From assembly GCA_017654855.1 (NCBI GenBank), contig CM030332.1:2046001-2110000 (forward strand): 64,000 bases of DNA. Direction: 5' to 3'. Source of the DNA: Podospora anserina. Lineage: Eukaryota. Position 1 is the first letter of the stretch. Each line of letters starts with the position of its first letter. Shown here piece after piece: positions 35,328 to 47,559 of the stretch. The position numbers were made by a program, and so were the translations under genes. The notes under the pieces are model-generated. The model saw only the letters and a program-made list of their open reading frames with translations. It had not been told where the DNA came from and did no database searches.

Positions 35328-37847
35328 TTAACTCCTTACAGGCTTTCTCCTTCTCGAGGCCTCAAACTCCACAGCATCGTTACCGAAGGGATGGTTCGGG
35401 GAATAACCTCCGCCGTTAGTGTAGTACTGCTCGGGAGCGCCCCGCGGGGTGCGAGTAGTCGAGGTCGGAGAATACGCGCGACCCTCTTCATCCCTCACTT
35501 TTCCCGGCCGGGGCGGCGGAGGAGGCGCTGCCTGAGGTGGCCGTGTCGTGTATCCAGTGTCTGGAACATGATCAGTCTCCACAGTCACTTCCGGTCTGAT
35601 GGGCCCGTAAGTGGTGCTCGGGGCATGAGTGGATGGTGGTGGAGGAGCCTGGGAGGGGGGCTGAGAGTATCTAGTGTTGTCATCGTACCCTCTGCTTGGT
35701 TGCGGCTGTGGCGTGAACTCCCCACCGGAGGGCTGTCGCGAGCGTCTTGACCGTTTGCTGGTGCTTCGACGTACTGGCTTGGGAGCCTCATCATCGGACG
35801 TCGACTCGCCATCTTCGGGTGCATCCTCGGCGTATGCCCTGAGCTCCTTGCGCATGGCAAGACTGGCGCAGATATCCTTGGCCTCTTCGATGGCCTTCTT
35901 CTGGACCTTCAATGTCTGTCTCCGATCCCTTGTCTCCTTGTTCTCGGCAGCGATAGCCTCGACAATCTCGTTGCTCAAGCCCAAAACTTCGACCGAGTTG
36001 AAGATGCCGTACATGCCCTGGAGCAGATGTCTCTCGACAACCTGGACAATGGTATTGCGGATGAAGGTCTTGGCAGCGAGCTCATAGTAGATGAGCATCT
36101 TCTCGAGCACTTCTTCGGCTTCCGTGTACCGGGCACCATTTTGTGAGCTGGCGATGTGCCAGGCTCGCAAGCGCTCCTCGTATTCAGGGTCGTAGGGTTG
36201 GACCTCGAGGTTCTGGTCTTGCATGAGGAGATCCAGTTCGCGCTGGGCTTTGGCCATCAGAGCCTTCATTTGGGGGTCGAGGAAATGACGCCGGAGCGGC
36301 TCGCGCATGCGCTTCGGCCAAGCATAGTCGATAAGCTCGCCGAGAAACTCGTTGCAAACAACGCCGAGGTTGTCCTTGTGCTCTTGGGCCAGCTTGGGCC
36401 AGTTCTCCGAGTAACTCTGGAAGAGCATGTAAACAGCTCGGGGTTTGGCGTCCATTGGGAATTCAGTACCGCGGATCTGTCGGAGCAACATTTCAACCTC
36501 GCTAGTCACAAACTCTCGCTTAGCATGGTTAATCGGAGCAGGATCGTCGGCGTCTCCTGATGCGGGGGGCATGGCGAAGTTGAGCTTGCGCCCCTGGGCC
36601 CTGATTCTTTGCGAAAAGCGGTCATTTTCTTCGCTAGCACGGGCGCGGAGGTTCTGCGCTGGCGTGCCTCTCGGGTCGGCAGTAACTCTGAAGAAGGTCT
36701 TCTTCGGAGGGTTCTTGTAGAAGCCGTATACAGCTGGAATGACAAGTTCCTTGGATGCCGAGAAGAGTTCAACGAGCTCAATCCGCATCTCCTCCGGGGT
36801 GTCCTTGCCGATACCTAGGGATTCGAGTTCGGTGTTGGTGTCGTCAAGTGCCTTTTGGATCTGCTTGCGCAAGATATGGACGTGCTTTCCGATGTGAAGC
36901 TGGAGCTGGACGCTGAGCTTCTGCATCAATGCCCTTGTGCCACAGATGTTACGTGGGACTTGGGCCCATTTTCCGCTGTTAAAGAAGGAATCCTCTACCC
37001 GACGTCTCTCCTCCGGGGTGGGCCATGGCTGGCCGGCCTCTCGGGGTCCGGGGTTCAGGAGAACATACCAGCCCAAGCGGAAATCGTTTCTCTTGTCCTT
37101 GTTCATGACGAGGTCGATGAACTTGTCTTCGAGGCCAATCGACTCGGTAAGGTCGGGCTTGGTCAACACACCAATGGTTCTTGACCCATTGGGATCGAAA
37201 TGCCGTGCCTTGGTGAGAATAGGGGCTTGAACGTAATCCGAATTTCCGCCGACGACTGCCAGAATGATGGTGCGAGAGCTCTTCATGTAGCGATCGGAAA
37301 GGGCCTCGATAGTTCGGATATCTTCGAGCGACTGGTCGTTGTTGGCGTTGCGAACGAGGCCAGGCAAGTCGACGAGGGTCAGAAGGGGCATATCAGGACC
37401 CCTTTTCTCCACCACAAGGATATCTCGAGCAGCAAAGCGGCCGGGGATGTTCTTTGGCGCAATCATGTCGACAGCCGACCGCATGAGCTGCTCAAACGGC
37501 ATGTTGGTGTTAACCATTCCGCCAAACTGCCTCAACCTCTCCTGCTCGGGAAATGGTCTGTTCTTGTCGGGAATGACAGAAACTGTGATGCTGGCTTGTG
37601 GTGCCCTCCTCAGCCTGATTTCGGTTGCAAATCTGGTGCAGGCGCCGGCATCTCGTGGAAAAGGGGTGCCGGTGATGGCCTCGAGGACGGAGCTCTTGCC
37701 GGCGCTCTGGTCGCCGACGACGACGATCTGCGGGAGCTTGACATTGTCAAGTTGGGCAAACTGAAGCTTGTCAATAAGATCGAGGAGAGCGCGTTGGTCT
37801 CCGGCCAGCTCCTGGGCGTCCAGGGCGACCTCTAGCCTGGTGACCAT
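35328..37847 (-). CDS. Dynamin-like (Mx-like) large GTPase with GED and a Pro-rich tail
   Basis: LPQIVVVGDQSAGKSS (G1), CTRFAT (G2), DLPG (G3), TKPD (G4) and a C-terminal GED-like helix. Intronless, 839 aa. Confidence 0.92.
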   Translation of the reverse strand: MVTRLEVALDAQELAGDQRALLDLIDKLQFAQLDNVKLPQIVVVGDQSAGKSSVLEAITGTPFPRDAGACTRFATEIRLRRAPQASITVSVIPDKNRPFPEQERLRQFGGMVNTNMPFEQLMRSAVDMIAPKNIPGRFAARDILVVEKRGPDMPLLTLVDLPGLVRNANNDQSLEDIRTIEALSDRYMKSSRTIILAVVGGNSDYVQAPILTKARHFDPNGSRTIGVLTKPDLTESIGLEDKFIDLVMNKDKRNDFRLGWYVLLNPGPREAGQPWPTPEERRRVEDSFFNSGKWAQVPRNICGTRALMQKLSVQLQLHIGKHVHILRKQIQKALDDTNTELESLGIGKDTPEEMRIELVELFSASKELVIPAVYGFYKNPPKKTFFRVTADPRGTPAQNLRARASEENDRFSQRIRAQGRKLNFAMPPASGDADDPAPINHAKREFVTSEVEMLLRQIRGTEFPMDAKPRAVYMLFQSYSENWPKLAQEHKDNLGVVCNEFLGELIDYAWPKRMREPLRRHFLDPQMKALMAKAQRELDLLMQDQNLEVQPYDPEYEERLRAWHIASSQNGARYTEAEEVLEKMLIYYELAAKTFIRNTIVQVVERHLLQGMYGIFNSVEVLGLSNEIVEAIAAENKETRDRRQTLKVQKKAIEEAKDICASLAMRKELRAYAEDAPEDGESTSDDEAPKPVRRSTSKRSRRSRQPSGGEFTPQPQPSRGYDDNTRYSQPPSQAPPPPSTHAPSTTYGPIRPEVTVETDHVPDTGYTTRPPQAAPPPPPRPGKVRDEEGRAYSPTSTTRTPRGAPEQYYTNGGGYSPNHPFGNDAVEFEASRRRKPVRS

Positions 37848-38643
37848 GTCGAGCGAGAAGTATATAGGATGCTGGTAGGCGTGCTATACAGTTGGATATA
37901 ATGATGGAATATGTCGGTAAATATAGGGAAAGTTTGGTGATAGATGCGCAAACAGCTATGGCTCAGCTGTGAGGCTTGATAGGGGGAAATGGCGGACGGG
38001 ACAGGAACAGCAAGAGGAGAACACCAGAGATGTATTAAATACCTACGACGCCCTACCTTTGCCCGATGACAATGGCACAAGTTGGGCGGTGCCTGGATTT
38101 CCAGTGGAGTGGTTGCGCAAGGCCCGTTGGGGACGGTGACGACTGCAGGCGATGCAACGCGTCACTCGTCACTGGTCCCGGGCAAAGAGTTGGGCTGCGC
38201 AGCCTCTCCGGGTGGCGAGCTTGGGCCTGCCAAGACTGCCATTGGCTCTTGAGGCCTCTTGAAGCAGGCAACTGGTTCGAAATAAGCTCTCTGATGCTGT
38301 GGGAGCGCCGATGCCTCTGTGGAAGTTGACGAGCTGATGAGCCATGTGTTTCTCGTTGTGTCGTAGCGTAGTCCTGATATTGGGGAAAGGGATGGCATGT
38401 GACGTGGGACAGAAGAAGACAACAGACCCTAACCCTCTGACAAAAAGCTACCTTGGGTGTTTAGTCAGCTGTAAGACTGTGCTTCACCACAACAACAAGG
38501 CCAGCAGAGACCCCTGAATCAGATCGACAATCGTCTTTGATATCGACGTCGGCTGCGGACAGTTTCGCTTACTTCCATCTTCTCATAAGGCATCCAGTAC
38601 TCTATTCGCAGTCGACTCCATAGCCACTCCAAGCTCCGTCAGC

Positions 38644-39228
38644 ATGGCATCCCAGGAGGCCACCAGCCAAGCAACCCCGCAAAAAATCGTTGTTGCCTCG
38701 CTGAATCCCGTCAAAACCGGTGCCGTTCTCGAGGGCTTTACGCACATGTTTCCCGGCGGAGCATACCAAGTGTCTGGAGTTAGTGTCCCCTCAGACGTGC
38801 CAGACCAGCCACTTTCAGACCAAGAGACCCTCCAAGGTGCCCTCAACCGCATAAAAAACGCTCGCTCGCTTGAACCCGATGCCGACTTCTGGGTGGGTGT
38901 GGAAGGAGGCGTTAACCCCGAGGGCGAGACGTTCCAGTCTTTTGCTTGGATTGCCGTGGAGAGCAAGGAGGGCCGTACCGGCAAGGCGCGCACCGCAACG
39001 TACTATGTTGCTCAAGAAACGGCCAATCTGATCGGTGGGGGGATGGAGTTGGGCCACGCAGATGATCTGATTTTTGGGAAGACAAACTCCAAACAGCACA
39101 GCGGTTCGGTGGGCATCTTGACGGACGATGTGGTCACCAGAACTTCGTATTATATTCAGGCTGTCATCTTGGCCTTGATACCGTTCAAGAACACCCAGTT
39201 GACATTTTCATCGAACAAGAGTGGTTAG
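38644..39228 (+). CDS. yjjX: Non-canonical purine NTP phosphatase (YjjX-like inosine/xanthosine triphosphatase)
   Basis: VVASLNPVK, VPSDVPDQP, ETLQGALNR, DFWVGVEGG, ELGHADD and SKQHSGSVGILT match the YjjX/DUF84 pattern. Intronless. Confidence 0.85.
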   Translation: MASQEATSQATPQKIVVASLNPVKTGAVLEGFTHMFPGGAYQVSGVSVPSDVPDQPLSDQETLQGALNRIKNARSLEPDADFWVGVEGGVNPEGETFQSFAWIAVESKEGRTGKARTATYYVAQETANLIGGGMELGHADDLIFGKTNSKQHSGSVGILTDDVVTRTSYYIQAVILALIPFKNTQLTFSSNKSG

Positions 39229-39904
39229 AGGTCGGATGGCAGCGCAGCTAGGCGCGTAGAGCTGGATCTCGCTCTTCTGCATCTTGAGCCAGGTGATACG
39301 GAGTGGTAGAAACTAACATACGCATTGCAAGAAACATGTTACCCTCTCGGCCCCCAAAATGACCTTACAATCGTTGAGCAGAAATATTGTCCAATATCAG
39401 TGTTTGCAAGTCCCCAAATGAAGCCTTGTTCAGCAGCAGGCAGGCGATGCATGTGTAAGGAAGGCGCATCTTGCCGGTGGGCCCCATTTGCACGTCACCA
39501 TGCAGACCGGCCCCACAGTGTCCTGTCGCATGTGGAGCCGTGAAACTGTTGCTGTTGAAGGTACTCGAGGACAGTACAAGGACGAGTCTACATTTGCAGC
39601 TTTGAGGGCTTTGCATACTCTGTTGATGACAGCTTTATGTTTAAACTTGCCTGGTATATACTTCTTCGAGAGTTGAAGTCTACATTCTATCATCTCCAAT
39701 CACAAAACCCCTGTTACTTCGACGGTAGTTGTACCCTTGACCCACTCTTTTTGTAATCTACCAGCGCCAAGCCTGCGTGACCAGTCGTCGGTTGTGGTCA
39801 ACAGTCGACAGCTCTAGCTCGTCAGTTCACTCTGAAAAGTTCATCCCACGTCGTCCATCTTCGACGTGCCCGTTCACATTCCCCTCAGCTTCAACTATGC
39901 AATC

Positions 39905-42720
39905 ATGAACGGATTCGAAGACGATAAGAAGCCAAAGTGCGATGGCGACGAGTATGTCAAGCCTGGGCCCAAGGACCTCCAGGTTCAGCTCGTCATTTCC
40001 CTATCGCTAGGGGTTTCTGCCTTTCTAGCCTTTTGTGTACGTACGCTTCTCATTTTTCTAGTCCCAGTGAGCCTCTAACGAAAAGCTCCTTGACAGATAT
40101 TACGACGACGATGGAAATCCCTATACGCCGCGCGCAAACGACATGCCGAGATCGAGCTCCCACACTTGCCCGACACTTTGTTTGGTTGGATGCCCGCCCT
40201 TTATAGGATTACCGAACACCAGGTTCTGGCTTGCGCCGGACTGGACGCATATGTATTCCTGACATTCTTCAAGATGTCGTTGCAGCTCTTCGCTGTCATG
40301 TTCTTCTGTGCCGCCGTTGTTCTCGAGCCCATCAATCGCCACTTTGATCCCGGACACAAACGCAACGACACCCACCCCTCCGAATTTTCCCTGCTCCGCG
40401 AGTATGCGCCGTATAGCGACTATCAAAGAGTCAACCTCTTCGGAAACGCTGGCGAAAACTCTGGCGACGACCATGGGGGCGATGACGAGAGCTTCAACAA
40501 GAACATGAGCTACTTGTGGTCTTACCTGGTGTTTACCTATGTATTTACTGGACTTACCCTGTTTATGCTGAACCGGTACACTCTGAAGGTCATTGGCATA
40601 CGCCAGAACTACTTGGGCACACAATCTACAATCACCGACCGAACGTTCCGATTGTCTGGCATTCCTGAGAACCTGCGCACCGAGAATGCGATCAAAACTT
40701 TGGTAGAAAAGCTGGAGATTGGAAAGGTGGAAAGCGTCACTTTGTGCCGCAACTGGAAGGAGATCGACGAACTGATGGAGCGCAGAACCGCAATACTCGC
40801 CAAATTGGAAGAGACATGGAGTGTTTACATCAGCCAAAAGCCAAAATTACCAGTTGGAACGCAGGCGAATGGCGATGGGACAGCTTCGGGGGCACCAGAA
40901 GTACGGTCTGATGAAGAAGCCGGCGAAAGTGAACGACTGCTGCGAGGAGGGCATGATATGCAGATTGACCGGCCCCGTCCTCAGGCAAGGCTCTGGTACG
41001 GCTTTCTTCGTATGCAAAGTCGCAAGATTGATGGTCTTGACTATTACACCGAACGCCTCCGGTTGCTCGATGAAAAGATTATCGCTGCTCGGAAGAAGAC
41101 CTATGAACCGGCCAACATCGCATTCGTGACCATGGACTCTATTGCAGCCTGTCAGATGGCGATCCAGGCCCTCATCGACCCTGGGCCGGGCCAGTTACTA
41201 ACGAAGCCTGCCCCAGCCCCATCCGATGTGGTATGGAGGAATACATACAAGCCTTGGTGGAGGCGGCGCTTCCAGTCGTGGACTGTCACCATCTTTATCT
41301 CGATTCTTTCCATCATCTGGGTCGGTCCCGTCGCTGCCCTAGCATCTACCACCATCTGCACCATCAAGGCCATTATGCCCTCTCTAGCCGAGACCCTCAA
41401 GGACCACGAAATCATCCGCTCGCTTATTCAGACCGGCATCCCGACTCTCGTGGTATCTTTGCTCAACGTCGCCGTGCCCTACCTCTACGACTTCTTGTCC
41501 GAACACCAAGGCATGATCTCGCGGGGCGATGTGGCCCTCTCCGTGATCAGCAAGAACTTCTTCTTTACCTTCTTCAACATTTTCCTCATCTTCACCGTCT
41601 TCGGTGCCGCTGTGGCAGGTATCCAGGAGACGTTTCGAAAGAGCCTGACAGACAGCACCTACATCGCCTACACCATTGCCACAAAGATTGAGGAACTGAC
41701 CAGCTTCTACAGCTGCTTCATCATGCTCCAGGGTCTGGGGTTGTTCCCCTTCCGACTGCTCCAGTTTGGCAGCATAAGCTTGTACCCGATCAACCGCATG
41801 GGCGCAAAGACGCCAAGGGACTTTTCCCAGATCATGCAACCGCCCATGTTCTACTATGGCTTTTACCTGCCCACGGCGCTGTTGGTGTTCATCTTGTGTC
41901 TGGTCTACAGTGTGTTGCCAGACGGGTACCAGGTCTTGGGGTTGGGCGTGGTGTACTTTGTGTTTGGGTATTTCACCTACAAGTATCAGCTGCTGTATGC
42001 CATGGATCAACCGCAGCACGCGACGGGGGGTGCGTGGAGGATGATTTGCTATCGGGTCATTCTGGGGCTGGTGGTGTTCCAGGTGACCATGTCGGGGTAC
42101 TTGGCGCTGAAGTCGGCGTTTACGGTGGCGGTGCTGGTGACCCCGCTGGTGATTGGGACGGTGTGGTATAGTTGGAACTTCAAGTGGCAGTTTGAGCCGC
42201 TGACGAAGTTTATTTCTTTGGTTAGTATCAAGAGGGGAGAGGACGAGGAAGAAGGGGTGAATGAGGTGGCGATTTTGGATGATGAGAGGGAGGGGGGGTA
42301 TGAGGAGGATGTGGATCAGAGGTCGTTGAGGCGGAGGGGGAGCACGACGGTTGATGAGGCGAGGGAGAAGGGGTTGCGGTTTGTGAATCCTAGTTTGGTG
42401 GTTCCGTAGGTTTTGTCTTTTTTTCCCCTACTGTTGTCGAAAAGCGAGCAAGCTAACAATGTACGTCTAGTCTGGAGCAACCATGGATCTACCAAGACCC
42501 ACCACCGCCATTAACAGAAGAGAACGATAGTCTCGAGTTCGCCATTGGTGGTAGCGAAGGGGAGTACTCTTACGGCGCGGGGCCATCAATACGGAGCCGA
42601 AGAGACGAGACGCGGGTCGAGGGAATCGCAACTAGACCTCCGGGGCCCGGGAGCGGGGCTGCTAGTAGTAACTCTTCTAGCTCGATAAGCTTGGGGGATA
42701 CACATATTTGGAGGCAGTGA
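39905..42720 (+). CDS. CSC1: CSC1/OSCA/TMEM63 (DUF221) calcium-permeable stress-gated channel; exons 39905-40036, 40097-42405, 42471-42720
   Basis: GLDAYVFL, AFVT, PAPAPSDVVWRN, KNFFFTFFN, YFTYKYQLLY and many TM segments. Introns are in phase. Confidence 0.88.
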
Positions 42721-44062
42721 GGGGTCAGTTTGTTTGTACGAGGTGGAAGGAGTGGTTCGTTCATTGCGTGGCGCTTGGTGCTTCACACATGGTATTGGCT
42801 TTTTTCGATACACAGTAGAGCGAAGCAAAGCATACTGGATGGAGGGATGGCTAATGGTCCTGGCGTGTTACATACACGCCTACATGATGAAGGAAACGAA
42901 GTACATGACGGGAGGCAGGAATGGATGGGCGTTTTTGATGGGAATACCAGGGTACGCGTACATAACAGAGTTGGGGGGTTTATGATGAGAGAGAGATTGT
43001 AATGATGGGGGAAAAGTGCAGTATTGCTTCCACTTTTCTTTCTTGCGTTTGTTTGCCTCGAATGTTTATTCCTACGAGGTCGTTTTGTATTCTTGTGTAA
43101 AGTAATTCATTGTCTGGTGTTTTATTCTCAATATTTTTGACGGTGTTGCGATGGAATTTTCCCCAACCGGAACATGAGATCGGGACAAGCTATATTTGCT
43201 ATATTTATGAAAGTAACCTATTCTCATGGTGGTGGTGGTATTTGAGATGGTGATGCCCTCATCGTCCTGGTAAACAAACCAACCCCTCCTTTGCTGCACG
43301 CCTTTGCCTTCCAAGAAACCCCTTGGCACTTCTAGCGCTTCAAGCATCAAAACCCCCACTGTCGACACCCCTGTCCTTTCATGCCACTTCGCGTCTTTCG
43401 TTCGCATCAAAAAAGAACCCCAACCCCTGCCCCACTTCTCGCCGATAAATCCGCCGCTTGTCCGCGCGCTCGCTCGGCGCTTCGGAGGGTCACGCCGAAA
43501 GGGGTAGGTAAGCTGCTCGAGGGGGGGCAATTGGCATGTCGATAGGGTAGGATTTTGGATGTTAATTTTTTTTTGTCTGGGGTTGGGCCAAGTTGAGGAT
43601 TTTCAGGTCTGGTTTGAAGGTCACAGCTCATGTTCGGGAATATTCAAGAATATGTTTAGGATTTTTTTGGTCCATTTCGTTATCATATCATTAACATAGG
43701 CCACCGCCACCCTTCTAAGCTTTCCTCTCAGCTCTCCAAGTGTGGTAGCCAGAAATAAAGGAAACATGAGTCTCTCTGTGTGTGCCGCATGGCCGACCAG
43801 TTCTAGCTCCCCCTGTCTCACTCCAGCGTCTCTACAACGGGTTCTCTCTCCGCCCCATGCCAGTCTCACTCGTTTGATCCCCGTCTAAAAGTCGTCGCTG
43901 TAAAACGCCCTTCTTCCTCCGTTCCTGGTATCACTCCTTGGAAAAGTCAAGGATCCCCGTATATAGGTCGATATTAACGAATTACCGATGAAGAGCAACG
44001 CAATCGGATCATGTACATGGTAGGGGCGCGTGAATTAGCATTGCGTGTGTGGTTGGGTATCT

Positions 44063-45415
44063 TTACAACGAGTTCTCCATGGAGGTGAGGATGGCGCGGG
44101 TGAATTCGTGGGTGGTGGCATTACCGCCCATGTCGGGGGTGCGGATCTTGCTGTAGTGGTATTAGCAAACTGTGCATAGCAACAGACCTCATCATAACTT
44201 ACCCCTCGGCAATCACGCTGTAGACGGCGTTGGAGATGCGGTTGGCATGGTCATCAAGGCCGAGGTGGCGGAGAAGCATGGTACCGCTGAGAAGAAGAGC
44301 GGTAGGGTTGGCCTGGTCCTTGCCCTTGATGTCAAGACCAACGTGTCTGCAACCGGGCTCGAAGACGGCGACATCACGACCCATGTTGCAGCCGGGAACG
44401 ACACCAGGACCACCAACGAGAGCGGCAGCAATGTTGGACAGGATACCACCATAAAGGTTGGGCATGACCATAACGTCGAACTGCTGGGGCTTGCTGACGC
44501 ACTGCATGGAGGCGTTGTCGACAATCATGTCGTTGCACTCAAGCATGGGGTACTGCTTGGAGAGACTTTGGAATGTGTTGCGGAAGAGACCATCGGCAAG
44601 CTTCATGATGTTGGCCTTGTGTATGCAGGTAACCTTCTTGCGGTGGTTGGCAAGGGCGAAGCTGAAAGCGAACTTGGCGATGCGCTCAGACTTGGCGCGG
44701 GTGATAATCTTGAGGGACTCGACGACACCGGGCACGCTCTGGTGCTCGAGACCGCTGTACTCGCCCTCGGTATTCTCACGGATGATGGCGAGGTCAATGC
44801 CGTCGTGGCGGGTCTTGAGGCCGGGGATGTTTTTGATCAGGGAGATGGAGGCATAGATATCGAGCTCCTGGCGCATGGCGACGTTGAAAGACTGGTGGCC
44901 GGAGCGGCTGATAGGGGTGTGGAGGATACCCTTCAGACCGAGCTTGTTGCGCTTGAGGGAGGCAACGGCATCGGCGAAAGCCTCCTCGGTGCGGCCGGTT
45001 GGGGTCGCATCTGAGAGACCGGAGACCTCGATCTGCTCCCAGGTAACTGGCACATTGTCGGCCTTGAAGATGGTCTTGACGCTCTCGGCGACCTCGGCAC
45101 CGATACCATCACCAGGGATGAGGGTGACGGTGTACTTGCCACCGTACTTGGTGGGCTTGAAGATATCGGCCTGAAGGGACTGGGCGGGGGTGTCCTGGAC
45201 ACTGGCGAAGCCGCGCGCAATGTTGAGGCGCTGGCTGGGCTGAGCGGCAGCCCTGAGAAGGCGCTATTCGCGGAGAGAAAGGCAGTCAGTATGAGGATGG
45301 TTGGTGGTGGGGAAGCTGGCTAATCGCAACGACTTGCAGGGGTTCCAGGAGGGGGGGTGTTGGTGACGACAAGACTCAAGACTAGACTCACCTGCGCAGA
45401 GTTCCTGGAAAGCAT
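44063..45415 (-). CDS. IDH1: Mitochondrial NAD-isocitrate dehydrogenase subunit 1; exons 45415-45392, 45263-44203, 44150-44063
   Basis: Basic presequence, KYGGKYTVTLIPGDGIG, SFNVAMRQELD, IIRENTEGEY, HKANIMKLADGLF and FEPGCRHVGLDI. Confidence 0.95.
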
Positions 45416-45883
45416 GTTGAGAATATGGATAGGACGGGAAGAGGGTATCGTGAGGCTGGCCGGCGACAAAAAAGAGCGAGCGGTAGGAAATGCGAAGGGA
45501 AGGAAAGGTTTTGACGGGAGGAGGAGAGCAAAAGAGCAAATGCCGCAAAGCAAAAGGAAGCACCTGCCTGCCTTGTTGGTCGAGCTGTTTTTTAGGTCTC
45601 CATCTTCCCGGTTGGGTGGGTCTCGGCGCTGTTCAGCAACAGCGCGCTAAGGCGAAGAAGTTTTAGTGCAGCAAGGCGGGCGGGGCACGGATTCCATTCT
45701 GTGACGTCTGCAACGTCGGCGCCACGGAAAGCTGCGGGTTTGGAACCATCTGCCAAGACCCCAAGAGCCCAGCGAAGGCCTTGCAGCAAACGATTGATCA
45801 TGGCGGTTGATAACACAACGGCCGATATCATGATGAGATCTCTATCTTTATTCATTGCCTATCCATACCTATCTCACTACCTA

Positions 45884-47177
45884 CTGTGGTGCAGGGGTAA
45901 GTTTTGCCTTCTTGTCAAGTACTCGCGCTAGTCAAGGTCCACCCTGACGATTGTATTCTACAAAATAATCACCATATCTATAGCTAGTATTTTGTATGCA
46001 TACCATTCGCTGCAATTACTGCCTCACACCGACTGGGCATCGAATCCAACAGCGTTTGAAGGTAAGATTCCGGAAGCTCTTGCCAGGCCTCCTCCACGTA
46101 CCTCTTCAACTTCGCGTACGACGGCTTCTCCTCAAGGCCGTATTTATCCTCAATATAATCCTTCATCCAATTCCAACAGGATTCAATAGGGTTTAAATCT
46201 GGGGAAAAAGGAGGCCAATCAACTACTCTAATCTTCCTATTCTCAAGATCCTTCTTCGTACCGGCCGCTCGATGGCCAGGTGCGCCGTCCTGCATAAAAG
46301 AAAGCTGTAAATGGTGTTGCTCGAAGGTATCGTCAATAAATTCGTAGACGTTAGGAAGGATATTCTTTCGGTAAGAATACTCATTGATCGATCCCCATTC
46401 CTTTTCCCAGAAGATACCAGGGCCTTTAGTTGAGCCGTAAAAGCAGCCCCAGAACATCCACCCTCCTTTTCTCTGGTGCTTTTCAACGATACAAGTAGGG
46501 TCCCATTCCTCGTCGATTCGGCGTGTAACATACTGCTTACGGTAAGGACCACCAACTACCCAGGTTTCGTCACTCCAAAGGATTGTACGCCATTGTTCGA
46601 GAGTCCAGTCTTTATGTTCTATAGCCCAGGCCAGTCGCTTTTGCTGGTTGGCTTCTGAAATAGGAGGCTTCTTCCGAGCAACTCGACGGCGAAATCCGTG
46701 GCGGTAAAGGGCGTTGCGAATCGTAATCCAGTTAAGAAGGGAGTTGAAAAGGGCAATAGAAAGCTCCAGGAAGCTCATCCGACGGTGTGCCTTTGATTCA
46801 CACACATACCGAATAAGCTCGAGCTCTTGATCGGCCGTAATAACGCGTGGTCGGCCAGATCGTGGGGCGACCTCGGCCGCCGGGGCTCGTATCGCATGGC
46901 GGATTTGGTATTTCGTATAACCAGTGGTTTCTTGAATTCGGGGTTGGCTAAGGTGGCCGTCGAAATAAAGGGTACGAATTCGTTGACGCTCTTCAGTAGT
47001 AAGGTGGCGATTGGGAGCCATTGTGGTGCTGGCTGGCTGGCTAAGTGGTGTTGAAAGGTGGAAAATACTGGTCTGGAGGAAATTGCGGTAGAATTTTGGC
47101 CGAAGTTGGCCTAGCCAAAAAAACAAGGCCCTGGGCGGTACTTGACAAGGGGGCAAAACTTTTGTACGTAACCACAG
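45884..47177 (-). mobile_element. Full-length Tc1/mariner DNA transposon, 1294 bp, TA target duplication
   Basis: Imperfect TIRs CTGTGGT-n8/9-AAGTTTTGCCyyCTTGTCAAGTAC at both ends, with TA at 45882-83 and 47178-79. Confidence 0.93.
45984..47021 (-). CDS. Tc1-family DD34E transposase, 345 aa
   Basis: HTH region with GRPR, then WSDE, QDGAPGH and SPDLNPIE, with 34 residues between the second D and the E. The ORF-track start at 47225 lies outside the element. Confidence 0.93.
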   Translation of the reverse strand: MAPNRHLTTEERQRIRTLYFDGHLSQPRIQETTGYTKYQIRHAIRAPAAEVAPRSGRPRVITADQELELIRYVCESKAHRRMSFLELSIALFNSLLNWITIRNALYRHGFRRRVARKKPPISEANQQKRLAWAIEHKDWTLEQWRTILWSDETWVVGGPYRKQYVTRRIDEEWDPTCIVEKHQRKGGWMFWGCFYGSTKGPGIFWEKEWGSINEYSYRKNILPNVYEFIDDTFEQHHLQLSFMQDGAPGHRAAGTKKDLENRKIRVVDWPPFSPDLNPIESCWNWMKDYIEDKYGLEEKPSYAKLKRYVEEAWQELPESYLQTLLDSMPSRCEAVIAANGMHTKY

Positions 47178-47559
47178 TAGGTAATATCTATTGTAGTCAC
47201 CAAACAGCTCCATGTCTCCGCCCACCTCAACCTAACTCACATGTCACGTTTCCGAAAACAGAACACCAATTAACAGCTGTCCAATTGGCCAATGAAAGGA
47301 AAACGATTGCGGTGGCGGCAGGCATTCCTCTGCTGTGGCAGCAATCCATGCGAGGGTGACAGTCCGGACGAACTACAGCAGTCATCGGTAGTATATCTTC
47401 GGCCTCTTTACAATATCTCAAGTAATTCTAAAGCTAGCCTTGCGGGGAATAACCCAGCACCCAGCCCACGCAAAAAGAACCATCAAGCTTCTGGCAAGGC
47501 CACCTGGCCCAGATCACCAAACAGAAAAGGTCAAAAAGAATCGTCTGTGACGGGAATTG

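Noticed and set aside
38426-38436. CCCTAACCCT, telomere or telomerase-template-like
   Set aside because: Under two units, with no supporting structure.
43072-43870. Minus-strand ORFs and Sm-site-like T runs between CSC1 and IDH1
   Set aside because: No snRNA/snoRNA structure or protein family could be recognised; probably 3' UTR sequence.
47022-47225. 68-aa N-terminal extension of the transposase in the ORF track
   Set aside because: It starts outside the TIR and crosses the insertion junction; the real start is 47021.
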